From Candidatus Saccharimonadia bacterium (GTDB lineage Bacteria; Patescibacteriota; Saccharimonadia; UBA4664; SCTI01), in assembly GCA_046597065.1 (NCBI GenBank), contig JBKJLI010000002.1, positions 180,071 to 244,070 on the forward strand: a stretch of 64,000 bases of DNA. The letters run 5' to 3'. Positions 1 through 8,234 of this stretch are shown here, piece after piece. How positions within the stretch are numbered: the stretch's first letter is position 1; every line of letters starts with the position of its first letter. The notes beneath the pieces were generated by a model. The model was not told where the DNA came from and did not search any database. It worked only from the letters and a program-made list of their open reading frames with translations. A program made the position numbers and the translations under genes.

Positions 1-436
1 CACCAGTGTGATTGAGGTTGGAATCGATATCCCCAACGCCAGTATCATCTTAATTGAAGGAGCTGAACGCTTTGGGCTGGCGGCGCTTCACCAACTGCGT
101 GGAAGGGTCGGCCGGGGCAAGCATCAATCATATTGCTTAATTGCCAGCGACTCTACGGCCGCAGGGGTGGTTGAGCGGTTGCAAGCGATGGAGCGCACTC
201 AAGATGGCTTTCGGTTAGCTCAGATCGACCTTGAGCTGCGTGGCCCGGGTCAGGTTTATGGTCGTCGGCAGCACGGCCTACTAGAACTTGGCCTAGCCGA
301 TTTGGGTGATAGTAAGCTAGTGGCTAGTGTAAGGGCCGCTGCCGACAGCTTTGTAACAGATAGCGAGGCCATGTTACAATATCCACAAGTGAAAGCGCGA
401 ATCAATAGATTAAAGAACCTAACCTCGCTCGACTGA
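1..436 (+). CDS. recG: ATP-dependent DNA helicase RecG, C-terminal fragment (5' end outside window)
   Basis: Helicase motif VI (QLRGRVGRG) and RecG-type C-terminal region; ORF is open at window start. Confidence 0.8.
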   Translation, partial: TSVIEVGIDIPNASIILIEGAERFGLAALHQLRGRVGRGKHQSYCLIASDSTAAGVVERLQAMERTQDGFRLAQIDLELRGPGQVYGRRQHGLLELGLADLGDSKLVASVRAAADSFVTDSEAMLQYPQVKARINRLKNLTSLD

Positions 437-454
437 GCAGGCAATTATCATACG

Positions 455-1318
455 ATGTATTCGGGCTTTGTAACCTCTAAAAAAACCGTTTCGGCCGTGG
501 GCGTACATCAACGCTTTGATACTGCCGCACTATCAATTCTAAAACCATACATTACTCCTGGTACTTTCCCAGTGCTGTCCCAAATCTTACATTTTGAAGG
601 CATTAACGGCCCTGATGGAATTAAGGTTAAATCACCTGGAAAAGACGAGCCAAGTCATCTGTACAATCCCACTACCGATAAAGGGCCGATTCCTGGATTA
701 ATTAATCGTCATTATCAAAAGCTGGTCGAGGCGCTGATGGATGAAGATTTAGTTAGAGCCGGTTTTGAATCGGCTTGGTTAGCTCACTATGTTTGTGATG
801 GATTAACTCCGGCCCATCACTATCCTCTCGATCAAAAACTGGCCGAACATGAACTAAAAAAGAACGCTAAGGGTAGTTATAGTATCTGGCGTAGGCCGGG
901 CGAGCCAATGATGGCAGCGGTCCGAAAAGGCTGGGCGGTGTTTGGGGGCAAGGGCATTTTAACCACCCACTTTAATTTTGAAATGGGTGTGGCCACGGCT
1001 TTGGTTGGGCAAAGGCTGCCCAAAGAGCTGGACACGGCCAAATTGGCTCAAGCCCGCAAGCTGGGCGCTATCAACTTTTTTAAACAAGAGGCTAGAGCTG
1101 TAGCAGAATTGGGTATGTATGAGCGCTTTTATGCCCAGGGCTGGGGTGCTACGCTTGCCCGCCAGGTTAAAACCAAACTGGCTCCACAAAGCGTACAGGT
1201 AATTGCCATCATATGGCTAATGGCCTATCTAGACGCCGGCAAAGAGTTGGCATTGGACGCTTGCCGAGAAGGTGGTCAGAAACCAAAAAGTAAACCCAAG
1301 CATAAAGTTAAAAAATGA
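455..1318 (+). CDS. zinc-dependent phospholipase C / P1-nuclease-fold family protein (no signal peptide)
   Basis: Motifs matching Zn-PLC family: LYNPTTDKG (cf. FYDPDNGK) and AHYVCDGLTPAHH (cf. HYLGDVNQPMHA); basic Lys-rich C-tail. Confidence 0.5.
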   Translation: MYSGFVTSKKTVSAVGVHQRFDTAALSILKPYITPGTFPVLSQILHFEGINGPDGIKVKSPGKDEPSHLYNPTTDKGPIPGLINRHYQKLVEALMDEDLVRAGFESAWLAHYVCDGLTPAHHYPLDQKLAEHELKKNAKGSYSIWRRPGEPMMAAVRKGWAVFGGKGILTTHFNFEMGVATALVGQRLPKELDTAKLAQARKLGAINFFKQEARAVAELGMYERFYAQGWGATLARQVKTKLAPQSVQVIAIIWLMAYLDAGKELALDACREGGQKPKSKPKHKVKK

Positions 1319-1845
1319 AAATTGTATCCGGTGTTTATGGAGGCCGAGTTATAACCACCCCAAAAACCAAGAGCACTAGACCAATGACTGAAAAGGTACG
1401 AGCGGCGCTTTTTGACATACTAGGGCCAATCGAAGGTTTATTTGTTCTTGATGCTTATGCTGGTAGCGGCGCATTGGGGATCGAGGCATTGAGCCGTGGA
1501 GCCACAAAGGTGATTGCGGTAGAGGCAGGCCATCAGGCTTGTTCAGCCATTCGCAAAAGCGTGGATTCGCTACAGCTAGGAATGCAATATAGTTTAGAGC
1601 CGAAGAAAGTTGAAAGCTGGTTAGCACATTATCGTGGGGATAAATTTGGTCTCATTTTTGCAATGCCACCCTACTCACTAATAGATGACGATATATTGAG
1701 TAGGATCGGTGTCTATCTAGAAAAAGACGCCGTTATGGTCGTTGAGTTTCCTAGACAATCTCCTCCTATTGCCCTTGAAGGCATGTCGCTTGTGGATGTG
1801 AGAACATACGGTGACCCCAAGCTGGCATTTTATAAACGGACATAA
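1315..1845 (+). CDS. rsmD: 16S rRNA (guanine966-N2)-methyltransferase RsmD
   Basis: SAM-binding LDAYAGSGALGIEALSRGA and PPY motif; ATGA start/stop overlap with upstream gene. Confidence 0.85.
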   Translation: MKIVSGVYGGRVITTPKTKSTRPMTEKVRAALFDILGPIEGLFVLDAYAGSGALGIEALSRGATKVIAVEAGHQACSAIRKSVDSLQLGMQYSLEPKKVESWLAHYRGDKFGLIFAMPPYSLIDDDILSRIGVYLEKDAVMVVEFPRQSPPIALEGMSLVDVRTYGDPKLAFYKRT

Positions 1846-1872
1846 ATCGCTACAATACAGGAGTTATCACTC

Positions 1873-1958
1873 GGGCGAGTGGTGGAATGGTAGACACGCC
1901 AGCCTTAGGAGCTGGTGAGCGCAAGCTCGTGGAGGTTCAAGTCCTCTCTCGCCCACCA
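1873..1958 (+). tRNA. tRNA-Leu (anticodon TAG), type II with long variable arm, CCA encoded
   Basis: Cloverleaf folded by hand: acceptor GGGCGAG/CTCGCCC, anticodon stem CCAGC/GCTGG, loop CTTAGGA, T-loop TTCAAGT. Confidence 0.85.
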
Positions 1959-2057
1959 AGGCCTTATATTGACATACAGCAAAAAAAGTATAACAATATG
2001 CTACATTCTGAGTCCCAGTATGTGAAACAAAGTCATGTACGCTAAGAAAGGCTGCAG

Positions 2058-2387
2058 ATGCTTTCTGATATAACTGTAAGAATTGGGAGCCTCATAATCT
2101 CGGTTACCAGGCTGATGCGTGAACTGGACTCTTCGGTTCAGGCAGACATCCACACCCATGCCGAGGCAGATCTTCGCGAGAAGGCTTACGCACTAGTATC
2201 GGCGGTTCGTGACCTCAAGCTAAGCTGGGAGTATCGACCCCGCCTTTCGATGACCATCATGGTGTTCGAGGGGCATCGTTGCAACATCATGTTTCTTGAG
2301 ATGGTGATTCGAGAGCTGGTTGAGTTTCATGCCGAGTGCTATGAGCACCTTCACCAGGCAGAATCTCCCCTTGCTCCCACCCATTAG
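2058..2387 (+). CDS. hypothetical protein, GC-rich orphan ORF adjacent to tRNA-Leu
   Basis: 109-aa ORF, ~57% GC versus ~48% in flanking genes; no recognisable domain. Confidence 0.35.
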   Translation: MLSDITVRIGSLIISVTRLMRELDSSVQADIHTHAEADLREKAYALVSAVRDLKLSWEYRPRLSMTIMVFEGHRCNIMFLEMVIRELVEFHAECYEHLHQAESPLAPTH

Positions 2388-2459
2388 CGCCTCGGCGCAT
2401 GCGAAGACGTCACGTTACTGTGACTCCTCGGTGCCGGGGCGTTTTCGCATTTTTGGTGG

Positions 2460-2488
2460 CTGACATTGACTGTTAGATCTGTTAAGAT
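2460..2488 (+). promoter_or_regulatory. sigma70-like promoter upstream of tig (CTGACA-17-TAAGAT); predicted TSS only ~7-10 nt before ATG
   Basis: Hexamer match and spacing read directly from sequence. Confidence 0.35.
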
Positions 2489-2497
2489 ACCCAGGTT

Positions 2498-3778
2498 ATG
2501 AAATCATCCATCAAGAAAAAAACCGATACCGAGGCCACGCTTTTAATCAGTGTTGATGAGCACGAAATCCAGCACGCTTTCGAGCACGCCGTTGCAAAAT
2601 ACCGTGATCAAGTAAAGGCCCCTGGCTTTCGGCCCGGTAAGGCACCCGATAATATCGTGATCCGCGAGATTGGCGATGCCACTATTCAAAGCGAAACAAT
2701 CGATCACACACTAGGGCACGCTTACGGTGATGCTTTAACCGAGCACAGCCTGCAGGCGGTTGGTTCTCCAAAAATCTCAGTGGAAAAGTGGGTGCCTTAT
2801 ACCACTTTAGAGTTCGAGGCAGTTGTAGAGATTGTGCCACCCATTAAGTTGGCCGACTATAAGAAGATCAAGAAAAAGCTCCCTGAAACCAAGGTTGAGC
2901 CATCGCGCATTGATGAGGTTGTAGAGGATTTGCAGCGTCGCGTGTCTAAGAGGGTGCCGGCCCTGCGCGCTGCCGAAATAGGCGATGAGGTTAAGCTAGA
3001 TTTTGATGGCTTTAAGGCTGGTGAGCCGGTAGAAGGTGCTAGTGGCAAGAACTACAGCTTAAAACTGGGATCAAATAGCTTCATTCCGGGCTTTGAACCA
3101 GAGGTGGTGGGATTAAAAGTTGGAGAGAGCAAGACTTTTAGCGTAACGTTCCCCAAGGATTATCACGAAAAGAGCTTGGCCGGTCAGCCGGTAGAGTTTA
3201 AGATCACCATTCATGAGGTGTCGATGCTGGAGCTGCCTGAGATGGACGACAAGTTTGCGGCCGAGGTGGGTCCATTTAAGACGGTTGCAGAATTGCGAGC
3301 CGATGTGGCAGAGCAAATTAAGGCTGAGGCCGAGGTTGAGGCGAGGCGCCAGTTTGAAAACGAGCTACTTGATGAGATTGTGAAGAAGAGCAGCGTTAAA
3401 GCGCCCGCCGGTTTAGTGGCTCAGCAGAGTGAGCGCTTAAAAACCGATATGCAGCAACGGCTTGCCCAGGCTGGGCTGACTTACGAGCAGTATCTTGAAA
3501 CTCAGAAAAAAACCGAAGCGGATATTGATAAAGAGGTTGCCCCGGAGGCCGAAAAGCGGGTGCAACTGGCACTGATTTTAAGCGAGGTGGCCAAGGCCGA
3601 GCAGATGAAGGTTGACGCCGACGAGATCGAGCGTGAACTCGAGATGTTGAAGTTGCAGTACACCGACTCTAAGATGCAAGCCGAGCTTACTCACGACCAT
3701 ATTCGTGAGGATATTTACAACCATTTAATGGCTGGTAAGGTTATTGCAAAGCTTGTTGAGTACGCAACTACTAAGTAG
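2498..3778 (+). CDS. tig: trigger factor
   Basis: N-terminal ribosome-binding domain with GFRPGKAP signature; 426 aa. Confidence 0.95.
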   Translation: MKSSIKKKTDTEATLLISVDEHEIQHAFEHAVAKYRDQVKAPGFRPGKAPDNIVIREIGDATIQSETIDHTLGHAYGDALTEHSLQAVGSPKISVEKWVPYTTLEFEAVVEIVPPIKLADYKKIKKKLPETKVEPSRIDEVVEDLQRRVSKRVPALRAAEIGDEVKLDFDGFKAGEPVEGASGKNYSLKLGSNSFIPGFEPEVVGLKVGESKTFSVTFPKDYHEKSLAGQPVEFKITIHEVSMLELPEMDDKFAAEVGPFKTVAELRADVAEQIKAEAEVEARRQFENELLDEIVKKSSVKAPAGLVAQQSERLKTDMQQRLAQAGLTYEQYLETQKKTEADIDKEVAPEAEKRVQLALILSEVAKAEQMKVDADEIERELEMLKLQYTDSKMQAELTHDHIREDIYNHLMAGKVIAKLVEYATTK

Positions 3779-3789
3779 TATTAGCACTC

Positions 3790-3818
3790 TAGACAGCCGA
3801 GTGCCAACGCGCTAAAAT
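3790..3818 (+). promoter_or_regulatory. sigma70-like promoter upstream of clpP (TAGACA-17-TAAAAT)
   Basis: Hexamer match and 17-nt spacer. Confidence 0.35.
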
Positions 3819-3853
3819 GTGTTTACTGATTTTGTTCAAAAAGGGGTAATACT

Positions 3854-4459
3854 ATGGCCGACGGCCAGTTACGAAACTCAATCTTGATTCCCACTGTGCT
3901 CGAAAAAACCAGCATGGGGGAGCGTTCTTATGACATCTATTCGCGGCTGCTTAAGGACCGGATTATTTTTTTGGGGACTGAGGTCGAAGATACGGTTGCT
4001 AATTTAATCATTGCTCAGCTACTTTTTTTGGCAAATGAAGATCCTAAAAAAGACATCACTCTCTACATCAATTCTCCGGGTGGGAGCGTATATTCTGGCT
4101 TGGCCATCCTAGACACCATGAACCACGTTAAACCAGATGTTTCAACCGTTGTAGTTGGTAAGGCAATGAGCATGGGTGCGGTGCTGTTAGCTGGGGGGGC
4201 TAAGGGAAAGCGCTTTGCATTACCTAACGCAAAGATAATGATTCACCAAGGATCGGCTGGCTTTCAAGGTGCACCAAGTGATATTGAAATTACTGCTCGA
4301 GAGGTACTGGCGCTTAAAAAGGATCTCAATAATATTCTGGTTGAGTGCACCGGGCAGCCGCTTGAAAAAGTCGAAAAAGACACTGATCGTGATTATTACA
4401 TGACCGCTAAAGACGCCAAAGAATACGGCTTGGTCGATGAGATCATCATTCATAGCTAA
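3854..4459 (+). CDS. clpP: ATP-dependent Clp protease proteolytic subunit
   Basis: ClpP family sequence with catalytic Ser in GKAMSMGA and HQ motif; no clpX follows. Confidence 0.95.
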   Translation: MADGQLRNSILIPTVLEKTSMGERSYDIYSRLLKDRIIFLGTEVEDTVANLIIAQLLFLANEDPKKDITLYINSPGGSVYSGLAILDTMNHVKPDVSTVVVGKAMSMGAVLLAGGAKGKRFALPNAKIMIHQGSAGFQGAPSDIEITAREVLALKKDLNNILVECTGQPLEKVEKDTDRDYYMTAKDAKEYGLVDEIIIHS

Positions 4460-4465
4460 AAACAG

Positions 4466-4494
4466 TTGACACACCTGACAAATAACTCCATAAT
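4466..4494 (+). promoter_or_regulatory. strong sigma70-like promoter (TTGACA-17-CATAAT) between clpP and rpoB
   Basis: Consensus -35 and near-consensus -10 with 17-nt spacer. Confidence 0.45.
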
Positions 4495-4520
4495 GGGGTT
4501 CAAGAGGAAGCTTAAATCAA

Positions 4521-4548
4521 AAAGTAGGAGAGACCTACTTTGTTTTTG
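4521..4548 (+). terminator. intrinsic terminator/attenuator hairpin (AAAGTAGG-AGAGA-CCTACTTT + GTTTTTG)
   Basis: Perfect 8-bp stem, 5-nt loop, U-tract; lies ~20 nt downstream of predicted TSS of promoter 4466-4494. Confidence 0.5.
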
Positions 4549-4552
4549 CGTG

Positions 4553-4704
4553 TAGGACTCCCGTGCTTGTCTCGCTGGTGCGAGTGTGAAAGTCCTAGAA
4601 GCCATAAACATTTGGTTACGGCCAGATTTAGACACGCCTCTTGATTATTAACCCAGAATTGCAGCAGTCTGGGTGCGCCAACATTTTTAATAATCAAGAA
4701 GGAG
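4553..4704 (+). promoter_or_regulatory. structured rpoB 5' leader: nested stem-loop 4553-4606, 11-bp AT-rich inverted repeat TTGATTATTAA/TTAATAATCAA (4641-4651/4687-4697) enclosing hairpin CCCAGA..TCTGGG; SD AAGGAG at 4699-4704
   Basis: Inverted repeats read from sequence; 250-nt non-coding gap before rpoB. Confidence 0.35.
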
Positions 4705-4710
4705 ATCGCT

Positions 4711-7700
4711 TTGCCCATTGCGACGCAGCGCCGAACATTTCAAAACCAAAACCAGGAAGTACTTGCACTACCTAATCTAATTCAAAATCAGATTGATTCA
4801 TTTGCTTGGTTTACGACAGAAGGATTAACCGAGCTTTTAGCTGCCGTAAGTCCGATTGAGGATTTTACCGGTAAGGGGCTAGCCTTATCTTTTAAGGATT
4901 TTCGTTATGAAGAGCCAAAAATAGACGAAGCCAGTGCAAAATCTAAAAACTCAACCTACGAAGTCCCCCTCAAGGCTACTGTAGAGCTGGTTAATAAAGA
5001 AACCGGTGAAATTAAAAGCCAAGAGATCTTTTTAGGCGATTACCCCTGGATGACTGAACGCGGCACTTTTATTATCAACGGAGTTGAGCGGGTTGTTGTT
5101 AGCCAATTGGTACGTTCGCCGGGAGTGTTCTTTACTGCTGATAACACCGGCACCGAGCTACTATTTGGTGCTAAGGTGATCCCCGATCGAGGTGCCTGGT
5201 TAGAGTTTGATACTTCTGCAAACGGGGTTATCTCAGTTAAGATTGACCGCAAGCGCAAACTGCCAGTTACTACTCTATTACGGGCTTTTGGTTATGCCGA
5301 GGACAAAGAGATCCAAAACCTGTTTAAAGAAGTAGATACCGGCGATGTTAAATTTATCGATGAGACTCTCGAAAAAGATGCTACCAGCAATCTAAGTGAA
5401 GCATTGATGGAAGTTTACCGTCGTATACGTCCTGGTGATCTAGCCACAGTTGAAAACTCTAAGAGCCTGATTGAAGGTATGTTTTTTGATCCTAAGCGTT
5501 ACGACTTCAGTAAAGTTGGCCGCTTTAAGATTAACAAGCGTCTATCACTTGATGTGCCCAACAAGATTGAAAACCGCATTTTCCGACGCGAAGATCTGGT
5601 AGAAATCATCCGCGAGATTGTGCGCCTAAACAACGATGATAAGGCTCGGCCCGATGACATCGATAACCTGGCCAATCGTCGGCTGCGTAGTGTTGGCGAG
5701 CTGATCCAGCAAAAGTTCCGGGTTGGTCTTTTGCGCATGGAGCGTAATGTTAAGGATCGCATGAGTGTTTATGATCGTGAAACCGTCACACCCGGACAGT
5801 TAATTAATGTGCGTCCGATTGTGGCCAGTGTTAAAGAATTTTTCGCTAGCTCGCAAATGAGCCAGTTTATGAACCAAACCAACCCACTTAGCGAAATTGC
5901 CCACAAGCGTCGCGTTACAGCTATGGGTGCCGGTGGCTTGAGCCGTGAACGTGCCGGCTTCGAAGTTCGCGATGTTCACCGTTCTCACTATGGTCGTCTT
6001 TGCCCAATTGAGACACCAGAAGGTCCAAATATCGGTCTAGTTTCTAACATGTCGAGCTACGCTCGCGTGAATGAGTATGGTTTTTTGGAAACTCCCTACC
6101 GTATTGTGACAAATGAGGTTAAACCCGCTGACGCCGTTGGACATATCGCCCGAACCACCATTAAGGACGCTAAGGGTGAGCTGATTGTAAAGCCAGGCGA
6201 TAAGATTACCGATGTAGCCGCTAAAAAGTTGGCCAAGCTTGATGCACCAATGGTGCCGGTTAAAGCCAAGGTTACAAGCGAAGTGGTTTATTTAGATGCA
6301 TACGACGAAGGTAAGGCAGTTATTACCGAAGCTGCAACCAAGATTGATAACGATGGCTATTTTTTACTGCCACGTATTGCCGTTCGACGTGCCGGTGAGG
6401 CTGGTGAAGAAGAAGGCGATCACGTGCAGTTTATGGATGTATCTAGCCGTCAGATTGTGTCGGTTTCAACCGCGCTAATACCATTTATTGAACATGACGA
6501 TGCTAAACGCGCCCTGATGGCAGCTAACATGCAGAAACAGGCAGTTGCGCTGGTTAAGCCCCAGGCACCAATCGTTGGCACCGGAATGGAGCGAGTAGTT
6601 GCTCGTGATTCTGCCCAGGTGATTGTGGCGGCTGCAAATGGCACCGTTAAATCGGCCTCGGCCAGCGAGGTCGTAGTCAATTACGAAAAACTAGGCGAAG
6701 TTCGATACCCACTAACCAAGTTTGTCCGTAGCAATGAAGGCACCAGTATCAACCAGAAAGTGGTGGTTGAGGTCGGTCAAAAACTTAAAAAGGGTGATTT
6801 ACTTGCCGACGGCATGTCGACCGAAAATGGCGAGCTAGCTTTGGGCCAAAACGTTCTTGTAGCTTTCATGAGCTGGGGCGGTTACAACTTTGAGGATGCG
6901 ATTATCATCAGTCAGCGATTGGTGCGTGATGATCGCTTTAGCTCGATTCACATTGAAACTCACTCGGTTGATGTGCGCGAAACCAAATTGGGACCAGAGG
7001 TAGTCACTCGCGACATCCCGAACGTTAGCGAAGACAGTCTGAAGGATTTAGATGAAGCCGGAATAGTTCGAATTGGTGCCGAAATCTCAGCAGGAGACAT
7101 TCTAGTAGGAAAAATTACGCCTAAGGGTGAGCAGGAACTTTCCAGCGAAGAAAAGCTGCTACGAGCCATTTTTGGTGAAAAGGCCCGTGATGTTAAGGAC
7201 ACCAGCTTAAGACTGCCAAATGGCGAGCGCGGTAAAGTGGTTGGCGTTAAGTTATTTAGCCGTGAAAATGGCGATGAGCTCCAGGCTGGCGTAATCGAGC
7301 AGTACCACGTTTCGGTGGCCTTAATGCGCAAGATAAGCGTTGGCGATAAGATGGCCGGCCGTCACGGAAACAAAGGTGTGATTTCGCGGGTACTTCCAGT
7401 TGAGGATATGCCCTGCATGGAAGACGGCACTCCCGTCGACATGATATTAAATCCGCTTGGTGTTGGTCAGCGTATGAACATTGGACAGATTTTTGAAACC
7501 CACTTGGGTTGGGCCGCAGAAGCGTTAGGTTACAACGTGGCCAGTCCGGTTTTCGATGGTGTGACCATCGATCAGATTAAAGATGAGTTAAGGCAAGCCG
7601 GCCTGCCCGAAGACGGCAAGGCACAGTTATACGACGGCCGAACCGGTGTGGCATTCCAAGAACGTACAACCGTGGGTTATAAGTATATGTTGAAGCTTGA

Positions 7701-8232
7701 TCACATGGTTGACGACAAGATTCACGCTCGCTCAACCGGTCCATATGCCATGGTTACTCAGCAGCCACTAGGTGGTAAGGCCCAACGTGGCGGTCAGCGG
7801 TTTGGAGAGATGGAGGTTTGGGCACTCGAAGCTTACGGAGCCGCCAATACCCTACAAGAAATTCTCACCATTAAGTCGGATGACGTAGTTGGTCGCTCTA
7901 AGGCTTATGAGGCCATCATTAAGAACGAGGAGATCCGCGGACCACGCATCCCCGAGTCGTTTAATGTGTTGGTTAAAGAGTTGCAGAGTTTAGGCTTGGC
8001 AGTAGATTTGATCCGCAACGAAACCTCTGGTGAAACCGAGATTGACGCCGAAGATATGTTGGCCGACGAGACTCACAAAGAGGCCAACGAGCTAGGAACT
8101 GACAAATTAATTGAAGGCGATGTGGCTGTAGCCGACATGCCGCTTGTTGACTTGGCCGGTGGCCAAGACGATCAGCTGCAAGTTGAGGCCGAGGTTGCCG
8201 CGGCCAAAGTGGCCGCCGGAGAGGAGGCGTAA
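4711..8232 (+). CDS. rpoB: DNA-directed RNA polymerase subunit beta (TTG start)
   Basis: 1173-aa RpoB with conserved blocks throughout; AAGGAG 7 nt upstream of TTG. Confidence 0.97.
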   Translation: MPIATQRRTFQNQNQEVLALPNLIQNQIDSFAWFTTEGLTELLAAVSPIEDFTGKGLALSFKDFRYEEPKIDEASAKSKNSTYEVPLKATVELVNKETGEIKSQEIFLGDYPWMTERGTFIINGVERVVVSQLVRSPGVFFTADNTGTELLFGAKVIPDRGAWLEFDTSANGVISVKIDRKRKLPVTTLLRAFGYAEDKEIQNLFKEVDTGDVKFIDETLEKDATSNLSEALMEVYRRIRPGDLATVENSKSLIEGMFFDPKRYDFSKVGRFKINKRLSLDVPNKIENRIFRREDLVEIIREIVRLNNDDKARPDDIDNLANRRLRSVGELIQQKFRVGLLRMERNVKDRMSVYDRETVTPGQLINVRPIVASVKEFFASSQMSQFMNQTNPLSEIAHKRRVTAMGAGGLSRERAGFEVRDVHRSHYGRLCPIETPEGPNIGLVSNMSSYARVNEYGFLETPYRIVTNEVKPADAVGHIARTTIKDAKGELIVKPGDKITDVAAKKLAKLDAPMVPVKAKVTSEVVYLDAYDEGKAVITEAATKIDNDGYFLLPRIAVRRAGEAGEEEGDHVQFMDVSSRQIVSVSTALIPFIEHDDAKRALMAANMQKQAVALVKPQAPIVGTGMERVVARDSAQVIVAAANGTVKSASASEVVVNYEKLGEVRYPLTKFVRSNEGTSINQKVVVEVGQKLKKGDLLADGMSTENGELALGQNVLVAFMSWGGYNFEDAIIISQRLVRDDRFSSIHIETHSVDVRETKLGPEVVTRDIPNVSEDSLKDLDEAGIVRIGAEISAGDILVGKITPKGEQELSSEEKLLRAIFGEKARDVKDTSLRLPNGERGKVVGVKLFSRENGDELQAGVIEQYHVSVALMRKISVGDKMAGRHGNKGVISRVLPVEDMPCMEDGTPVDMILNPLGVGQRMNIGQIFETHLGWAAEALGYNVASPVFDGVTIDQIKDELRQAGLPEDGKAQLYDGRTGVAFQERTTVGYKYMLKLDHMVDDKIHARSTGPYAMVTQQPLGGKAQRGGQRFGEMEVWALEAYGAANTLQEILTIKSDDVVGRSKAYEAIIKNEEIRGPRIPESFNVLVKELQSLGLAVDLIRNETSGETEIDAEDMLADETHKEANELGTDKLIEGDVAVADMPLVDLAGGQDDQLQVEAEVAAAKVAAGEEA

Positions 8233-8234
8233 AG

